Below, in pieces: positions 10,013-19,181 of a DNA stretch of 46,227 nt. How positions within the stretch are numbered: the first letter of the stretch is position 1; each line of letters starts with the position of its first letter. The stretch is taken from NCBI GenBank assembly GCA_045601645.1, contig JAZSAC010000102.1, positions 1 to 46,227 of the forward strand, read 5' to 3'. The notes under the pieces were generated by a model. The model worked only from the letters and a program-made list of their open reading frames with translations. It was not told where the DNA came from and made no database searches. The stretch is from Acutalibacteraceae bacterium. GTDB lineage: Bacteria > Bacillota > Clostridia > Oscillospirales > Acutalibacteraceae. The translations under genes were made by a program, and so were the position numbers.

Positions 10013-11385
10013 ATATCTTCAGACTCCGCAACCTTAATCATAAGAGCACACTCTATACGCTTTTTAAAAAGTTCACATCCATATTTATAAATACCGTTTA
10101 CACTACCTGTTGCATGATAAGCATTTGCAGCGCATCCACCTGAACAATAAAGTTTCGCCCAGCAGTCCTTACATTCAGGTCTTGTATATGCATTACAACT
10201 ACGAAATTGGTTTTGCACCTCAATATTTTTAACACCGTTCCAAACATCACCCAAGCTGTATTCGAGATTGCCGACAAATTGATGACACGGATACAATTCG
10301 CCCCATGGTGTTACTGCCATATATTCAGTGCTAGAGCCACAACCTGTAACCCTTTTATATATACAAGGGCCTTCAGCAAGGTCAATCATATAATGATAAA
10401 AAGTAAAACCGTCGCCCAAGCGTTTGCGACGTATCATTTCAACAGCTAGCTTTTCATATTGTTCGAATAACGTCGGTAGGTCCTGCTCGGTCAATGCGTA
10501 AGGGTCGTCAGTTGCACAAACAACCGGCTCAATACTTAATTCCTTAAACCCTAAGTCGGCCATATGTAAAATATCACTTGTAAAATCAATATTATTATGC
10601 GTATATGTTCCGCGTACATAATAATTCTTACCTTTACGCTTTTCTACAAACCTTTGAAACTTGGGTACAATATCATCATAACTTCCCTTGCCGGAAAAAT
10701 ATTTTCTAAAATGGTCATGGACCTCTTTTCTTCCGTCAAGACTTAAAACAACGTTACTCATTTCTTTATTAAGATAATCCATTATCTCGTCATCAAGCAG
10801 AACGCCGTTAGTAGTAAGGGTGAACCGAAAATTCTTATTATACTGTTTTTCAACCGAACGCGCATAATCAACAAGCTGTTTTACTACCTCAAAATTCATT
10901 AAAGGCTCTCCGCCAAAAAAATCTACCTCGAGATTTTTTCTAGTGCCTGAATTGGCAATCAAAAAATCAAACGCTTGCTTACCAACCTCAAAGCTCATCA
11001 AGGCGCGGTCGCCCTTATATTTACCTTGACTTGCAAAGCAATATGAACAATTAAGATTACAGGTGTGGGCAACATGAAGGCATAATGCCTTTACAACATT
11101 ACTGTTATTTTTAAAATCATATGCGAGATTTTCATACACATCTTCTGTAAACAGTTTGCCATCGTTTTCCAGCTCTGATATATCTGAAATACACTCAGCA
11201 ACCTCATCTGCTGTTATATCTTGATTATTGCTGTATTTATTTAATATAAATTCGGTTATTTCTTCACTTGAATTGGTTTTATACATAGATATAATATCAT
11301 ACGCGACATCGTCAACCGAATGTAACGAGCCACTAAATGTATCAATAACAATATTATAACCATTAAGCTTGTACTGATGTACCAT
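10009..11385 (-). CDS. scfB: radical SAM/SPASM thioether cross-link-forming SCIFF peptide maturase
   Basis: 458 aa. It has CNLNCSYC (CxxxCxxC) and a C-terminal SPASM Cys cluster (CKDCWAKLYCSGGC). It lies directly downstream of a SCIFF precursor. Confidence 0.85.
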   Translation of the reverse strand: MVHQYKLNGYNIVIDTFSGSLHSVDDVAYDIISMYKTNSSEEITEFILNKYSNNQDITADEVAECISDISELENDGKLFTEDVYENLAYDFKNNSNVVKALCLHVAHTCNLNCSYCFASQGKYKGDRALMSFEVGKQAFDFLIANSGTRKNLEVDFFGGEPLMNFEVVKQLVDYARSVEKQYNKNFRFTLTTNGVLLDDEIMDYLNKEMSNVVLSLDGRKEVHDHFRKYFSGKGSYDDIVPKFQRFVEKRKGKNYYVRGTYTHNNIDFTSDILHMADLGFKELSIEPVVCATDDPYALTEQDLPTLFEQYEKLAVEMIRRKRLGDGFTFYHYMIDLAEGPCIYKRVTGCGSSTEYMAVTPWGELYPCHQFVGNLEYSLGDVWNGVKNIEVQNQFRSCNAYTRPECKDCWAKLYCSGGCAANAYHATGSVNGIYKYGCELFKKRIECALMIKVAESEDI

Positions 11386-11406
11386 TATAATCTCCTAATA
11401 TCACAC

Positions 11407-11439
11407 AAAAATGCCGCCTATATTAAAAGGCGGCATTTT
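11407..11439 (-). terminator. intra-operon terminator/attenuator hairpin between precursor and maturase
   Basis: Minus strand reads AAAAUGCCGCC, a 10-nt loop, then GGCGGCAUUUU followed by UGUGUG. It starts 13 nt after the precursor stop and ends 22 nt before the maturase ATG. Confidence 0.6.
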
Positions 11440-11452
11440 GTAATTTTAAATA

Positions 11453-11599
11453 TTACTTATTAGCATTTTCACATTTTTGGTTTGCTACGCCGCAAGAAGT
11501 TTTGCAAGCCGATTGGCAAGAGGTTTGGCATTCACCACAACCGCCGGTCTTAACACTTTTATTCATATCTCTTGTTTCAATTGTTTTAATTCTGCTCAT
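11453..11599 (-). CDS. scfA: SCIFF (six cysteines in forty-five residues) ranthipeptide precursor, 48 aa
   Basis: Not in the ORF track (under 60 aa). My translation is MSRIKTIETRDMNKSVKTGGCGECQTSCQSACKTSCGVANQKCENANK. The GGCGECQTSCQSACKTSC core is the SCIFF signature. GGAG lies 8 nt upstream of the ATG. Confidence 0.85.
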   Translation of the reverse strand: MSRIKTIETRDMNKSVKTGGCGECQTSCQSACKTSCGVANQKCENANK

Positions 11600-11683
11600 A
11601 ATATTACTCCATTCTGCCGCATTTACTATAATTCACCTCAGCGGCCGGTGACCTCATAGCTTAAAGCCAACTTTTACCTAAAT

Positions 11684-11712
11684 ATTTTAACACAGCAACC
11701 ACTTTCTGTCAA
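11684..11712 (-). promoter_or_regulatory. sigmaA-type promoter for the SCIFF operon
   Basis: Minus strand reads TTGACA, 17 nt, TAAAAT with an extended -10 TG. Confidence 0.55.
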
Positions 11713-11729
11713 GTTAAAGTTGATGTTAT

Positions 11730-12677
11730 TTACCTTTCCTCACGGAAATATGACAATCCCAAGCTTGAAGGAGGCTGACTTTCGCGTTTACGACGCATAC
11801 TGGTAATTACCAAAACAACTATTGTAACAACATAAGGTAACATTTCGATTATATCACGCTGAGCAAAGGATATATTTTTTATATATGAGCCAACATTATA
11901 CAACATACCGAAAACAATTGAACCAACAATACCAATATGTGGTTTCCACAAAGTAAAGATAACAAGTGCAATTGCCAACCAACCCATTGCCTCAATAGTA
12001 TACTCCCAGGAGCCATACAAATTATCCATAATATAGCAAAGACCACCAAGACCGGCAATTCCACTTCCAAGCATTGTTGCAACATAACGATACCTTGAAA
12101 CATTAATGCCGGCGGCATCTGCCGTTGCAGGATTTTCACCGACAGCTCTCAAATTCAAGCCAACCTTGGTTTTTGATAAAACAAACGATGATATTAGAGC
12201 AATAGCTATTGACAAATAAACCATTATACCGTATGACAAGAACAATTCACCAAACCAACCCATTTCTTTTGCATCAAGAATAAGCGTTGTAAAATATTTA
12301 GCCGCAAAAGCAAACGATTTTATTCTACTTATCATAAAACCGGTAAGTCCTATACCAAAGGTAGTTAAAATCAAGCCTGTAACATTTTGATTGGCTTTTA
12401 ATGTTACTGTTAGGAAGCAATAAATCAACCCCATCAATGCACCGCCTATAAAAGCAGCAACAATCGGTAGAAGAACCGCAACAGCAGGAATAACATTTAG
12501 TTTTCCGACTGCCGAACCATAGAGATACTCTGCAGTACACCCAAAAGCAGCACCCACCGACATAATTCCGGGTATACCAAGGTTTAAATGACCCGATTTT
12601 TCGGTAAGCGTTTCACCTGTTGAGCCATAAAGAAAGGTCATACCGGTTCTTACAGCTGCAGTTAAAAATGCTATCAT
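11730..12677 (-). CDS. ABC transporter permease (BMP/nucleoside-type system, YufQ/NupQ-like)
   Basis: 315 aa polytopic membrane protein. It has a 4-nt overlap with the upstream permease and sits in an operon with a BMP binding protein. Confidence 0.8.
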   Translation of the reverse strand: MIAFLTAAVRTGMTFLYGSTGETLTEKSGHLNLGIPGIMSVGAAFGCTAEYLYGSAVGKLNVIPAVAVLLPIVAAFIGGALMGLIYCFLTVTLKANQNVTGLILTTFGIGLTGFMISRIKSFAFAAKYFTTLILDAKEMGWFGELFLSYGIMVYLSIAIALISSFVLSKTKVGLNLRAVGENPATADAAGINVSRYRYVATMLGSGIAGLGGLCYIMDNLYGSWEYTIEAMGWLAIALVIFTLWKPHIGIVGSIVFGMLYNVGSYIKNISFAQRDIIEMLPYVVTIVVLVITSMRRKRESQPPSSLGLSYFREER

Positions 12678-13765
12678 TTTGCTTCCCCCTTATTTGATTT
12701 TCTTGTCATTATCTTATAGTTTATAAAGAACTCACAGCCTATTATAAAGAATAAAATAATAGCAGTAGTGATATCTGAAATATCATTAAGACCTAAATCT
12801 GTATTAACCTGTAATGCACCAACCTCAAAAAACACAATCAAAAGTGAAGTAAGTATCATTACTAATGGATTGAATTTTGCAAGCCACGATACAAGTATTG
12901 CAGTAAATCCTCTTCCTCCTGCACTACCAACCGAAATAGTATGATTCATTCCTCCGGATATAATCAACCCTGCAATACCACAAATTGCACCAGATATAAT
13001 CATTGTGCGAATAATAACCTTTTTAACATTGATACCGATATAACGAGCTGTATTTTCACTTTCGCCGACAACCGAAATTTCATATCCCTGTTTACTATAA
13101 CTGAGATATATATAAACAATCAAAGTAATAATAGCAATAATTATAATGTTAAGCAGCCATTTATTTGATATCGTCGGAAATCCGAATTCGTGCATTGGTT
13201 TTAATGTTCCGGAACCATCTTTTACCCAAGTATCAATAAAGAAGGATACCAATTGAATTGCAACATAATTCATCATTAAGGTAAAAAGTGTCTCATTCGT
13301 TTCCCATTTGGCTTTAAACACTGCCGGAACAACTGCCCAAACAGCACCGGCAATAATACTTGTAATAATCATTAAAGCATAAAGTAACGGCTTAGAAACG
13401 CTGTCACCTAAATAAAACATACATGCTGTTGCTGCAAGACCGCCGACCAAAACCTGACCCTCAGCACCAATGTTCCAAAAGCGCATTTTAAAAGCAGGAG
13501 TAACACCAACGGCAATACACAAAAGAATTGCCGTTTTATATAGATAAGACCAAGTTAGGTCGCCGGTTCCAAAAGCACCTTTAAACATAGCCTTAAAATA
13601 TCTTATAGGGTCTGCTCCTCCTGCAATATAAACAATAAGTGAGCAAACACCTATTGAAAAAAGAACGGCTATTATTCTAATCATTATAGCCTTCCATGTA
13701 TCAATAGCAGGTCTTTTAACCACATGAAAAAATGGTTCATGTTTTTTGATTTTTCCTTTTGACAT
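12674..13765 (-). CDS. ABC transporter permease (YufP/NupP-like)
   Basis: 363 aa polytopic membrane protein. It has a TAATG overlap with the ATPase gene and a GGAGG SD. Confidence 0.8.
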   Translation of the reverse strand: MSKGKIKKHEPFFHVVKRPAIDTWKAIMIRIIAVLFSIGVCSLIVYIAGGADPIRYFKAMFKGAFGTGDLTWSYLYKTAILLCIAVGVTPAFKMRFWNIGAEGQVLVGGLAATACMFYLGDSVSKPLLYALMIITSIIAGAVWAVVPAVFKAKWETNETLFTLMMNYVAIQLVSFFIDTWVKDGSGTLKPMHEFGFPTISNKWLLNIIIIAIITLIVYIYLSYSKQGYEISVVGESENTARYIGINVKKVIIRTMIISGAICGIAGLIISGGMNHTISVGSAGGRGFTAILVSWLAKFNPLVMILTSLLIVFFEVGALQVNTDLGLNDISDITTAIILFFIIGCEFFINYKIMTRKSNKGEAK

Positions 13766-15303
13766 TATTGCTCACCTCCGTGTGACATATCACCTTTTGT
13801 CATAAGCAGGCCAATTTGTTCCTTAGTTGCAGTTCGTCCATCGACTATGCCTGTTACTTTACCTGCACCTATAACCATGATTCTATCACACAATTCAATC
13901 AGAACATCAAGGTCCTCACCTACAAAAATAACTGCCACGCCTTTTTCTTTTTGTTCATTTAAAAGATTATATATCATGTATGACGAATTAATATCAAGTC
14001 CCCTAACGGGGTATGCTGCCATTAAAACAGTAGGTGATGCTGCAATTTCTCTTCCAACAAGAACCTTTTGAACATTACCGCCCGACAATCTACGAACAGG
14101 TGTAGACGGGCTTGGTGTTACAACCTCTAATTGTTCAATAATTTTTTCGGCAAGACTTTTCGGTGCTTTTCTTTCTAAAAAGAATGATTTGCCCTTGCTA
14201 TAACTTCTAAGCATCATGTTATCAGTAATATCCATATTGCCGACCAAGCCCATGCCTAAACGGTCCTCTGGAACAAACGACAAACGAACACCCAATTGAC
14301 GAATTTGAAGAGGTGATTTATCACGTAAATCCTCAACCTTACCGGTTTTTGGATTGTTATAATTAATACTGCCGGTTTCTATGTGTTGAAGACCTGCGAT
14401 TGCTTCAAGCAACTCACGCTGACCGCTTCCTGCAATACCCGCAATACCCAAAATTTCTCCCGAACGAGCAGTAAAAGAAATATTATCAAGCAGCTTAACA
14501 CCTTCACGATTTACACAATTTATATTGCTGACAACGAGGCGGTCTGTCACATTCTTCGGCTCATTACGATTTATATTAAGACTAATCTTTTTACCAACCA
14601 TCATTTCGGTTAACATCGCCTCATCAACATCAGCGGTATTTACAGTACCTACATATTCACCTTTTCTCAAAACAGTAACCTTATCAGATAATGATAGTAC
14701 TTCGTGGAGTTTGTGAGTTATAATAATAATTGCCTTACCGTCGTCACGCATACGGCGAAGAACAGCAAATAGTTTTTCGGTTTCCTGCGGAGTAAGCACA
14801 GCAGTAGGCTCATCTAAAATAAGAATATTTGCACCACGATATAAAACCTTTATAATTTCAACTGTCTGCTTTTCAGAAACCGACATTTCATAAATTTTCT
14901 TTCCAAAGTCGATTTCGAAACCATATTTTTTACTAATTTCCTTTACCTTATCACCGGCTTGCTTTAAGCTGAATTTTTTATCTTCAAGACCTAAAACTAC
15001 ATTCTCAGCAGCAGTGAAAACATCAACAAGCTTAAAATGTTGATGAATCATTCCGATTTTATATTTAAATGCGTCTTTCGGCGAACGTATAACAACCTCT
15101 TCGCCATTTACAAAAATCTCACCTGAATCAGGATAATAAATTCCGGAAATCATATTCATTAAGGTTGTTTTTCCGCTTCCGTTCTCACCTAAAACAGATA
15201 AAATTTCACCATGATTAACACTTAACGACACGTCCTTATTAGCAATTATATTACCGAACGTTTTTGTAAGCTTTTTTAATTCAACTGCGGGCTTTTGTTC
15301 CAT
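13765..15303 (-). CDS. ABC transporter ATP-binding protein with duplicated nucleotide-binding domains
   Basis: Walker A GENGSGKTT, signature LSVSEKQ / LSGGNVQK, and Walker B ILILDEPT. I place the start at ATG 15303 (GGAGG, 7 nt spacing) rather than the track's 15321. Confidence 0.85.
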   Translation of the reverse strand: MEQKPAVELKKLTKTFGNIIANKDVSLSVNHGEILSVLGENGSGKTTLMNMISGIYYPDSGEIFVNGEEVVIRSPKDAFKYKIGMIHQHFKLVDVFTAAENVVLGLEDKKFSLKQAGDKVKEISKKYGFEIDFGKKIYEMSVSEKQTVEIIKVLYRGANILILDEPTAVLTPQETEKLFAVLRRMRDDGKAIIIITHKLHEVLSLSDKVTVLRKGEYVGTVNTADVDEAMLTEMMVGKKISLNINRNEPKNVTDRLVVSNINCVNREGVKLLDNISFTARSGEILGIAGIAGSGQRELLEAIAGLQHIETGSINYNNPKTGKVEDLRDKSPLQIRQLGVRLSFVPEDRLGMGLVGNMDITDNMMLRSYSKGKSFFLERKAPKSLAEKIIEQLEVVTPSPSTPVRRLSGGNVQKVLVGREIAASPTVLMAAYPVRGLDINSSYMIYNLLNEQKEKGVAVIFVGEDLDVLIELCDRIMVIGAGKVTGIVDGRTATKEQIGLLMTKGDMSHGGEQ

Positions 15304-15391
15304 TTGTTTTCCTCCGGTCATAATCTTGAAAAATATAACGAATGAAATTCATAATATTTTTCAACGACTACGGCTATTAATATAAATAACT

Positions 15392-15420
15392 GTAAGGCGG
15401 AGCGAATAGCTCCGCCTTAC
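15392..15420 (-). promoter_or_regulatory. strong intercistronic hairpin after the binding-protein gene
   Basis: GUAAGGCGGAGC, a 5-nt loop, then GCUCCGCCUUAC (12 bp). It is followed by a U/A-rich stretch and lies between the SBP stop and the ATPase start. Confidence 0.5.
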
Positions 15421-15434
15421 ATAACTCAATATAC

Positions 15435-16685
15435 TTACTGTTCGGTAATTCCGTCAATTCTAAGGTCAAAATAAGGTGCTGAACGGAACTCAGACTCTGC
15501 AAAGTAACCGTCTTTAATTACCTCGGTCTCACCTTGGAAATCGCCAAAATCATCAACGTCTGCAAGATATGTTGTAACCTTTTCACCTTTAACAGTGAAT
15601 TTTGCGGTATCAAACACATGAACCTTGCCTGATTTTAAATCTTCAACAGCAGCTTTAACTGCCTCTACAGTACCTTCTGCAGCTGCACCCACATTGATGC
15701 CGGTAAGAACAACAGAACCTTCGCTAATACCACCGCACCAGTCTTTAGCAATCTCGGTTCCTTCGCATACGCTCTTGATAATATAGAGGAAGTAAGGAGC
15801 CCAGTTGATTCTTGAAGAAACAAGAAATGTTTCAGGGCAATCTTCATATGTGCTTCCGTTATATGATACGTTAGGAATACCCTTCTCTTCACATGCTGAA
15901 GGTGCACCCATAGAGTCAGCATGCTGGCTGATAAGTGCGCAACCATCATTGATTAAAGCAAGTGCACTCTGACGCTCTTTGTCTACATCATACCAAGAGT
16001 TAGTATATGTAACCTTCATGGTAGCAGTCGGGCAAACTGAACGTGCACCAAGGAAGAATGAGGTATAACCTGATACAACCTCTGCATACGGGAATGCACC
16101 AACATAACCGATAACAGCTTGCTCTGCTGTTATTTTATTGTCTTTAATAAGCTCGTTAAGCTTCATACCTGCAACTATACCTGCAAGATAACGGCCTTCA
16201 TAAATTGAAGCAAATGCATTCTGATAGTTGTTAAGTTCTGATTTGGTGTGTGCCTGTGTACCGGTAGCATGGCAGAACTGAATTTCAGGATATTTTGCTG
16301 CAACCTCCATCATTCCTGCCTCATGACCGAATGAGTCAGCAAAAATAATGTCGCATCCTTGCTCTGCAAGATATTCAGCAGCTTCAGGACACTCTTCTTC
16401 TTCGTTTACAGGATATCTAAAAATAACCTGTTCGTCTGTCAAGCCAAGAAGTGCTTTAACTTCTTTAGCTGCATTCATAAAGTTTGCATCATAAGTTGAC
16501 TTATCATCGTGTAAGAAAATATAGCCAATCTTAAAATCATCAGCAACTGTGAAATCCTTAACAAGTTGTTTTTCGGCAATAGGTAATTCACTGAGACCTG
16601 TAGTTTGTTTGTCTTCATTGTTGCCGCATGCTGCAAATGCAAACATCATAGCACATACAAGAAGAATTGCAAGAATCTTTTTCAT
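15435..16685 (-). CDS. BMP-family (PnrA/Med-like) ABC substrate-binding lipoprotein, nucleoside-type
   Basis: Signal peptide MKKILAILLVCAMMFAFAAC (lipobox) with BMP-family motifs through the mature part. I place the start at ATG 16685 (GGAGGA, 7 nt spacing). The track's TTG at 16700 overlaps the SD. Confidence 0.85.
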   Translation of the reverse strand: MKKILAILLVCAMMFAFAACGNNEDKQTTGLSELPIAEKQLVKDFTVADDFKIGYIFLHDDKSTYDANFMNAAKEVKALLGLTDEQVIFRYPVNEEEECPEAAEYLAEQGCDIIFADSFGHEAGMMEVAAKYPEIQFCHATGTQAHTKSELNNYQNAFASIYEGRYLAGIVAGMKLNELIKDNKITAEQAVIGYVGAFPYAEVVSGYTSFFLGARSVCPTATMKVTYTNSWYDVDKERQSALALINDGCALISQHADSMGAPSACEEKGIPNVSYNGSTYEDCPETFLVSSRINWAPYFLYIIKSVCEGTEIAKDWCGGISEGSVVLTGINVGAAAEGTVEAVKAAVEDLKSGKVHVFDTAKFTVKGEKVTTYLADVDDFGDFQGETEVIKDGYFAESEFRSAPYFDLRIDGITEQ

Positions 16686-16765
16686 TTTACTTTCCTCCAA
16701 AAATTAATTTTTTCGTAAAATAACTACACAATGTCAAATTTGTCTCAAAGCCCAAAACTATCACT

Positions 16766-16796
16766 AAAAAAACAAAAACAGACACAATATGTCTGT
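16766..16796 (-). terminator. leader terminator (expression platform of the upstream riboswitch-like element)
   Basis: Minus strand reads ACAGACA-UAUUG-UGUCUGU followed by UUUUGUUUUUUU, about 80 nt upstream of the SBP start codon. Confidence 0.65.
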
Positions 16797-16819
16797 AGTT
16801 TTTAAGAATTTCGGGTAAA

Positions 16820-16899
16820 CCAATAGTCGTGACTCGCGGCGTCACGATAGAAACTTTTGGGCCGAACAGAATAAATCCGAAAATCCAAAACTATATTGG
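16820..16899 (-). promoter_or_regulatory. purine (guanine-type) riboswitch-like aptamer with an atypical, enlarged P2
   Basis: Read by eye on the minus strand. P1 is CCAAUA/UAUUGG and J1/2 is UAG. P2 is UUUUGG/CCAAAA and encloses 24 nt. J2/3 is GUUUCUAU. P3 is CGUGAC-GCCGCGA-GUCACG. J3/1 is AC, with C at the discriminator position. Confidence 0.6.
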
Positions 16900-16923
16900 C
16901 AACTGTATTTACTTTACGTTTTC

Positions 16924-16952
16924 ATATTACCATATCGTTTACAAATTGTCAA
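16924..16952 (-). promoter_or_regulatory. sigmaA-type promoter for the riboswitch-ABC operon
   Basis: Minus strand reads TTGACA, 17 nt, TAATAT with TG at -15/-14. Confidence 0.55.
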
Positions 16953-17031
16953 CATTTTTTGACAGGATTTTTATGTATTGCCATAAACTATTTGTTATGT
17001 TTCATATTGTTTTATTTTATAATATTTTTAT

Positions 17032-17068
17032 AAAAAAATCTGCCCACTAAAACTTTAAGTGGGCAGAT
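17032..17068 (-). terminator. Rho-independent terminator of the ribosomal cluster (after rplQ)
   Basis: AUCUGCCCAC, a loop, then GUGGGCAGAU followed by UUUUUUU on the minus strand. It starts 8 nt after the rplQ stop. Confidence 0.7.
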
Positions 17069-17075
17069 TACTTAA

Positions 17076-17420
17076 TTATTTCACAAGCTCAATAACAGCC
17101 ATCTCGGCAGCGTCTCCGCGACGCGCACCGGTCTTTGTAATACGGCAATAACCACCGTTTTTTTCAGCATAAGATGGTGCAATCTCATCATAAAGCTTCT
17201 TTACAACAGATTCCTTTGTAATAAAGCTGAGAGCCTGTCTTTTGCTGGCAAGACTACTGTCTTTAGCGAGTGTAATATATTTCTCGGTCATTGCGCTGAC
17301 CTCTTTAGCTCTGTATACTGTGGTTTCAATTTTTCCGTTTTCGAGAAGAAATGTTACCATAGCTCTTAACATTGCTGTTCTGTGGTCGCTTGTTCTGCCG
17401 AGTTTTCTGGTTCCGGGCAT
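17076..17420 (-). CDS. rplQ: 50S ribosomal protein L17
   Basis: 114 aa, [21 protein letters not shown]. It is last in the alpha-operon order. Confidence 0.95.
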   Translation of the reverse strand: MPGTRKLGRTSDHRTAMLRAMVTFLLENGKIETTVYRAKEVSAMTEKYITLAKDSSLASKRQALSFITKESVVKKLYDEIAPSYAEKNGGYCRITKTGARRGDAAEMAVIELVK

Positions 17421-17447
17421 TTAACTCACTCCTTATAAGAAAGCTGA

Positions 17448-18395
17448 TTATTCGTCATCACTCGCAAGATTGAAGCCCAAAGACTGAAGCTTTGCAACTA
17501 CTTCCTCAAGTGATTTTCTACCGAGGTTTCTGACCTTCATCATATCTTCCTCGGTCTTTTCGGTGAGATCTTCAACTGTATTGATATTGGCACGCTTTAA
17601 GCAATTGAAGCTACGTACCGAAAGGTCAAGCTCTTCAATAGACATCTCAAGAATTTTATCTTTTCCGTCTCCTGATTTTTCAATCATAATTTCACTGTTA
17701 GATGCTTCTATGGAAAGGTCAGTAAACAGTTTAAGGTGCTCTGTTAATATCTTAGCAGCCCAAGATACCGCTTCTTTTGCATTTAAAACACCATTTGTCC
17801 AAACTTCAAGAATCAGTCTATCAAAATCAGTTTGCTGTCCAACACGCGTATTTTCAACGCTATAATCGGCTTTGACAACAGGATTGTAGATTGAATCAAC
17901 GGGAATAACCCCGATAGGAGTATGCTCGTTTTTGTTGTTTTCAGATGGAATATAACCTCTGCCTTTATCGAGAGTTAATTCCATAACAAGCTTTCCACCT
18001 TCATCTATGGTTGCAATATGCAACTCGGGATTTAGAATTTCAACCTCGCTGTCAGCCTTAATTGAAGCACCTGTAACCTCACATGGTCCCTCAGCCTCAA
18101 TATATACCGTTTTGACGCTGTCGGAATGAAGCTTTGCGGTAAGCGCTTTTACATTAAGGATAATTTCAGTAACATCTTCCTTAACATTAGGGATAGTCGA
18201 AAATTCATGCTGAACACCATCAATCTTAACTGTTGTAACAGCAACACCCTGAAGAGATGAAAGAAGCATTCTACGAAGGCTATTGCCTATAGTTATACCA
18301 TATCCACTCTCAAGCGGTTCAAGTGAAAACTTACCATAAGTGCCATCAGACGTCATTTCCAGTGTTTCAATTCTGGGCTTTTCAATTTCTATCAT
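17448..18395 (-). CDS. rpoA: DNA-directed RNA polymerase alpha subunit
   Basis: [10 protein letters not shown]... with a C-terminal domain ([20 protein letters not shown]). I place the start at ATG 18395 (GGAG, 5 nt spacing). The track's GTG at 18416 is an over-extension. Confidence 0.93.
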   Translation of the reverse strand: MIEIEKPRIETLEMTSDGTYGKFSLEPLESGYGITIGNSLRRMLLSSLQGVAVTTVKIDGVQHEFSTIPNVKEDVTEIILNVKALTAKLHSDSVKTVYIEAEGPCEVTGASIKADSEVEILNPELHIATIDEGGKLVMELTLDKGRGYIPSENNKNEHTPIGVIPVDSIYNPVVKADYSVENTRVGQQTDFDRLILEVWTNGVLNAKEAVSWAAKILTEHLKLFTDLSIEASNSEIMIEKSGDGKDKILEMSIEELDLSVRSFNCLKRANINTVEDLTEKTEEDMMKVRNLGRKSLEEVVAKLQSLGFNLASDDE

Positions 18396-18533
18396 AAAAG
18401 CTCCATTTCTCCGCACCTTATTATTTTTATTTTCGGCAGTTTTGTGCGGCTACCTGCCAAAATTTTCTGAAATAATATTTATTACACGCTTCATGAAACT
18501 TAAGCCACGTAAAGCATAGCAATAAAACTATTA

Positions 18534-19160
18534 TTATTTTGAATAGTACTCAACGATGAGCTGTTCTTCAACAGGAGCATCGATACCATCACGGTCAGGA
18601 AGGTTAATAACCTTAACCGTGAATGCCTCTGAGTTAGCATCAAGCCATGAAGCTACAGGACGTGCAGAATTTGCTTCAATAATTGCTTTTATTTTATCAC
18701 TGGCTCTTGATTTTTCACATACTGTGATAACATCTCCGGCTTTTAAGAGATATGAAGCAATATCAACTCTCGCACCGTTTACCTCAAAATGACCGTGACC
18801 TACAAGCTGTCTTGCTTCGGCACGTGAGTTGGCAAAGCCAGCTCTGTAACCAACATTGTCAAGTCTGCTTTCTAAAATTCTTAACAGGTTCTCACCGGTA
18901 ACACCGACTTTACGTGCAGCCATTTCAAAGTAATGACTGAACTGAACCTCGTTAACTCCATAGTAACGTCTTGCTTTTTGCTTTGCACGAAGTTGCATTC
19001 CGTATTCGGAAGCCTTCTTGCGTCCCTGTCCGTGCTGACCGGGAGCATATGCTCTACGGCCAATTGAACATTTTTCGGAATAGCAGCGCTCGCCTTTTAA
19101 GAACAATTTTTCGCCCTCACGACGGCAAAGTCTGCAAACCGGACCGGTATATCTAGCCAT
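18534..19160 (-). CDS. rpsD: 30S ribosomal protein S4 (Cys4 zinc-type N-terminus)
   Basis: 208 aa, [31 protein letters not shown]. Confidence 0.95.
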   Translation of the reverse strand: MARYTGPVCRLCRREGEKLFLKGERCYSEKCSIGRRAYAPGQHGQGRKKASEYGMQLRAKQKARRYYGVNEVQFSHYFEMAARKVGVTGENLLRILESRLDNVGYRAGFANSRAEARQLVGHGHFEVNGARVDIASYLLKAGDVITVCEKSRASDKIKAIIEANSARPVASWLDANSEAFTVKVINLPDRDGIDAPVEEQLIVEYYSK

Positions 19161-19181
19161 TATTACACCTCCAATAATCGA

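Noticed and set aside
16829-17050. 73-aa plus-strand ORF in the rplQ/ABC intergenic region
   Set aside because: It has a GTG start without an SD and an AT-rich, low-complexity translation. It overlaps the minus-strand promoter, riboswitch and rplQ terminator.
18417-18533. Hairpin (GGCAG...CUGCC) between rpsD and rpoA as a regulatory element
   Set aside because: The stem is short and imperfect with a bulge, and there is no U-tract. It cannot be distinguished from chance structure.
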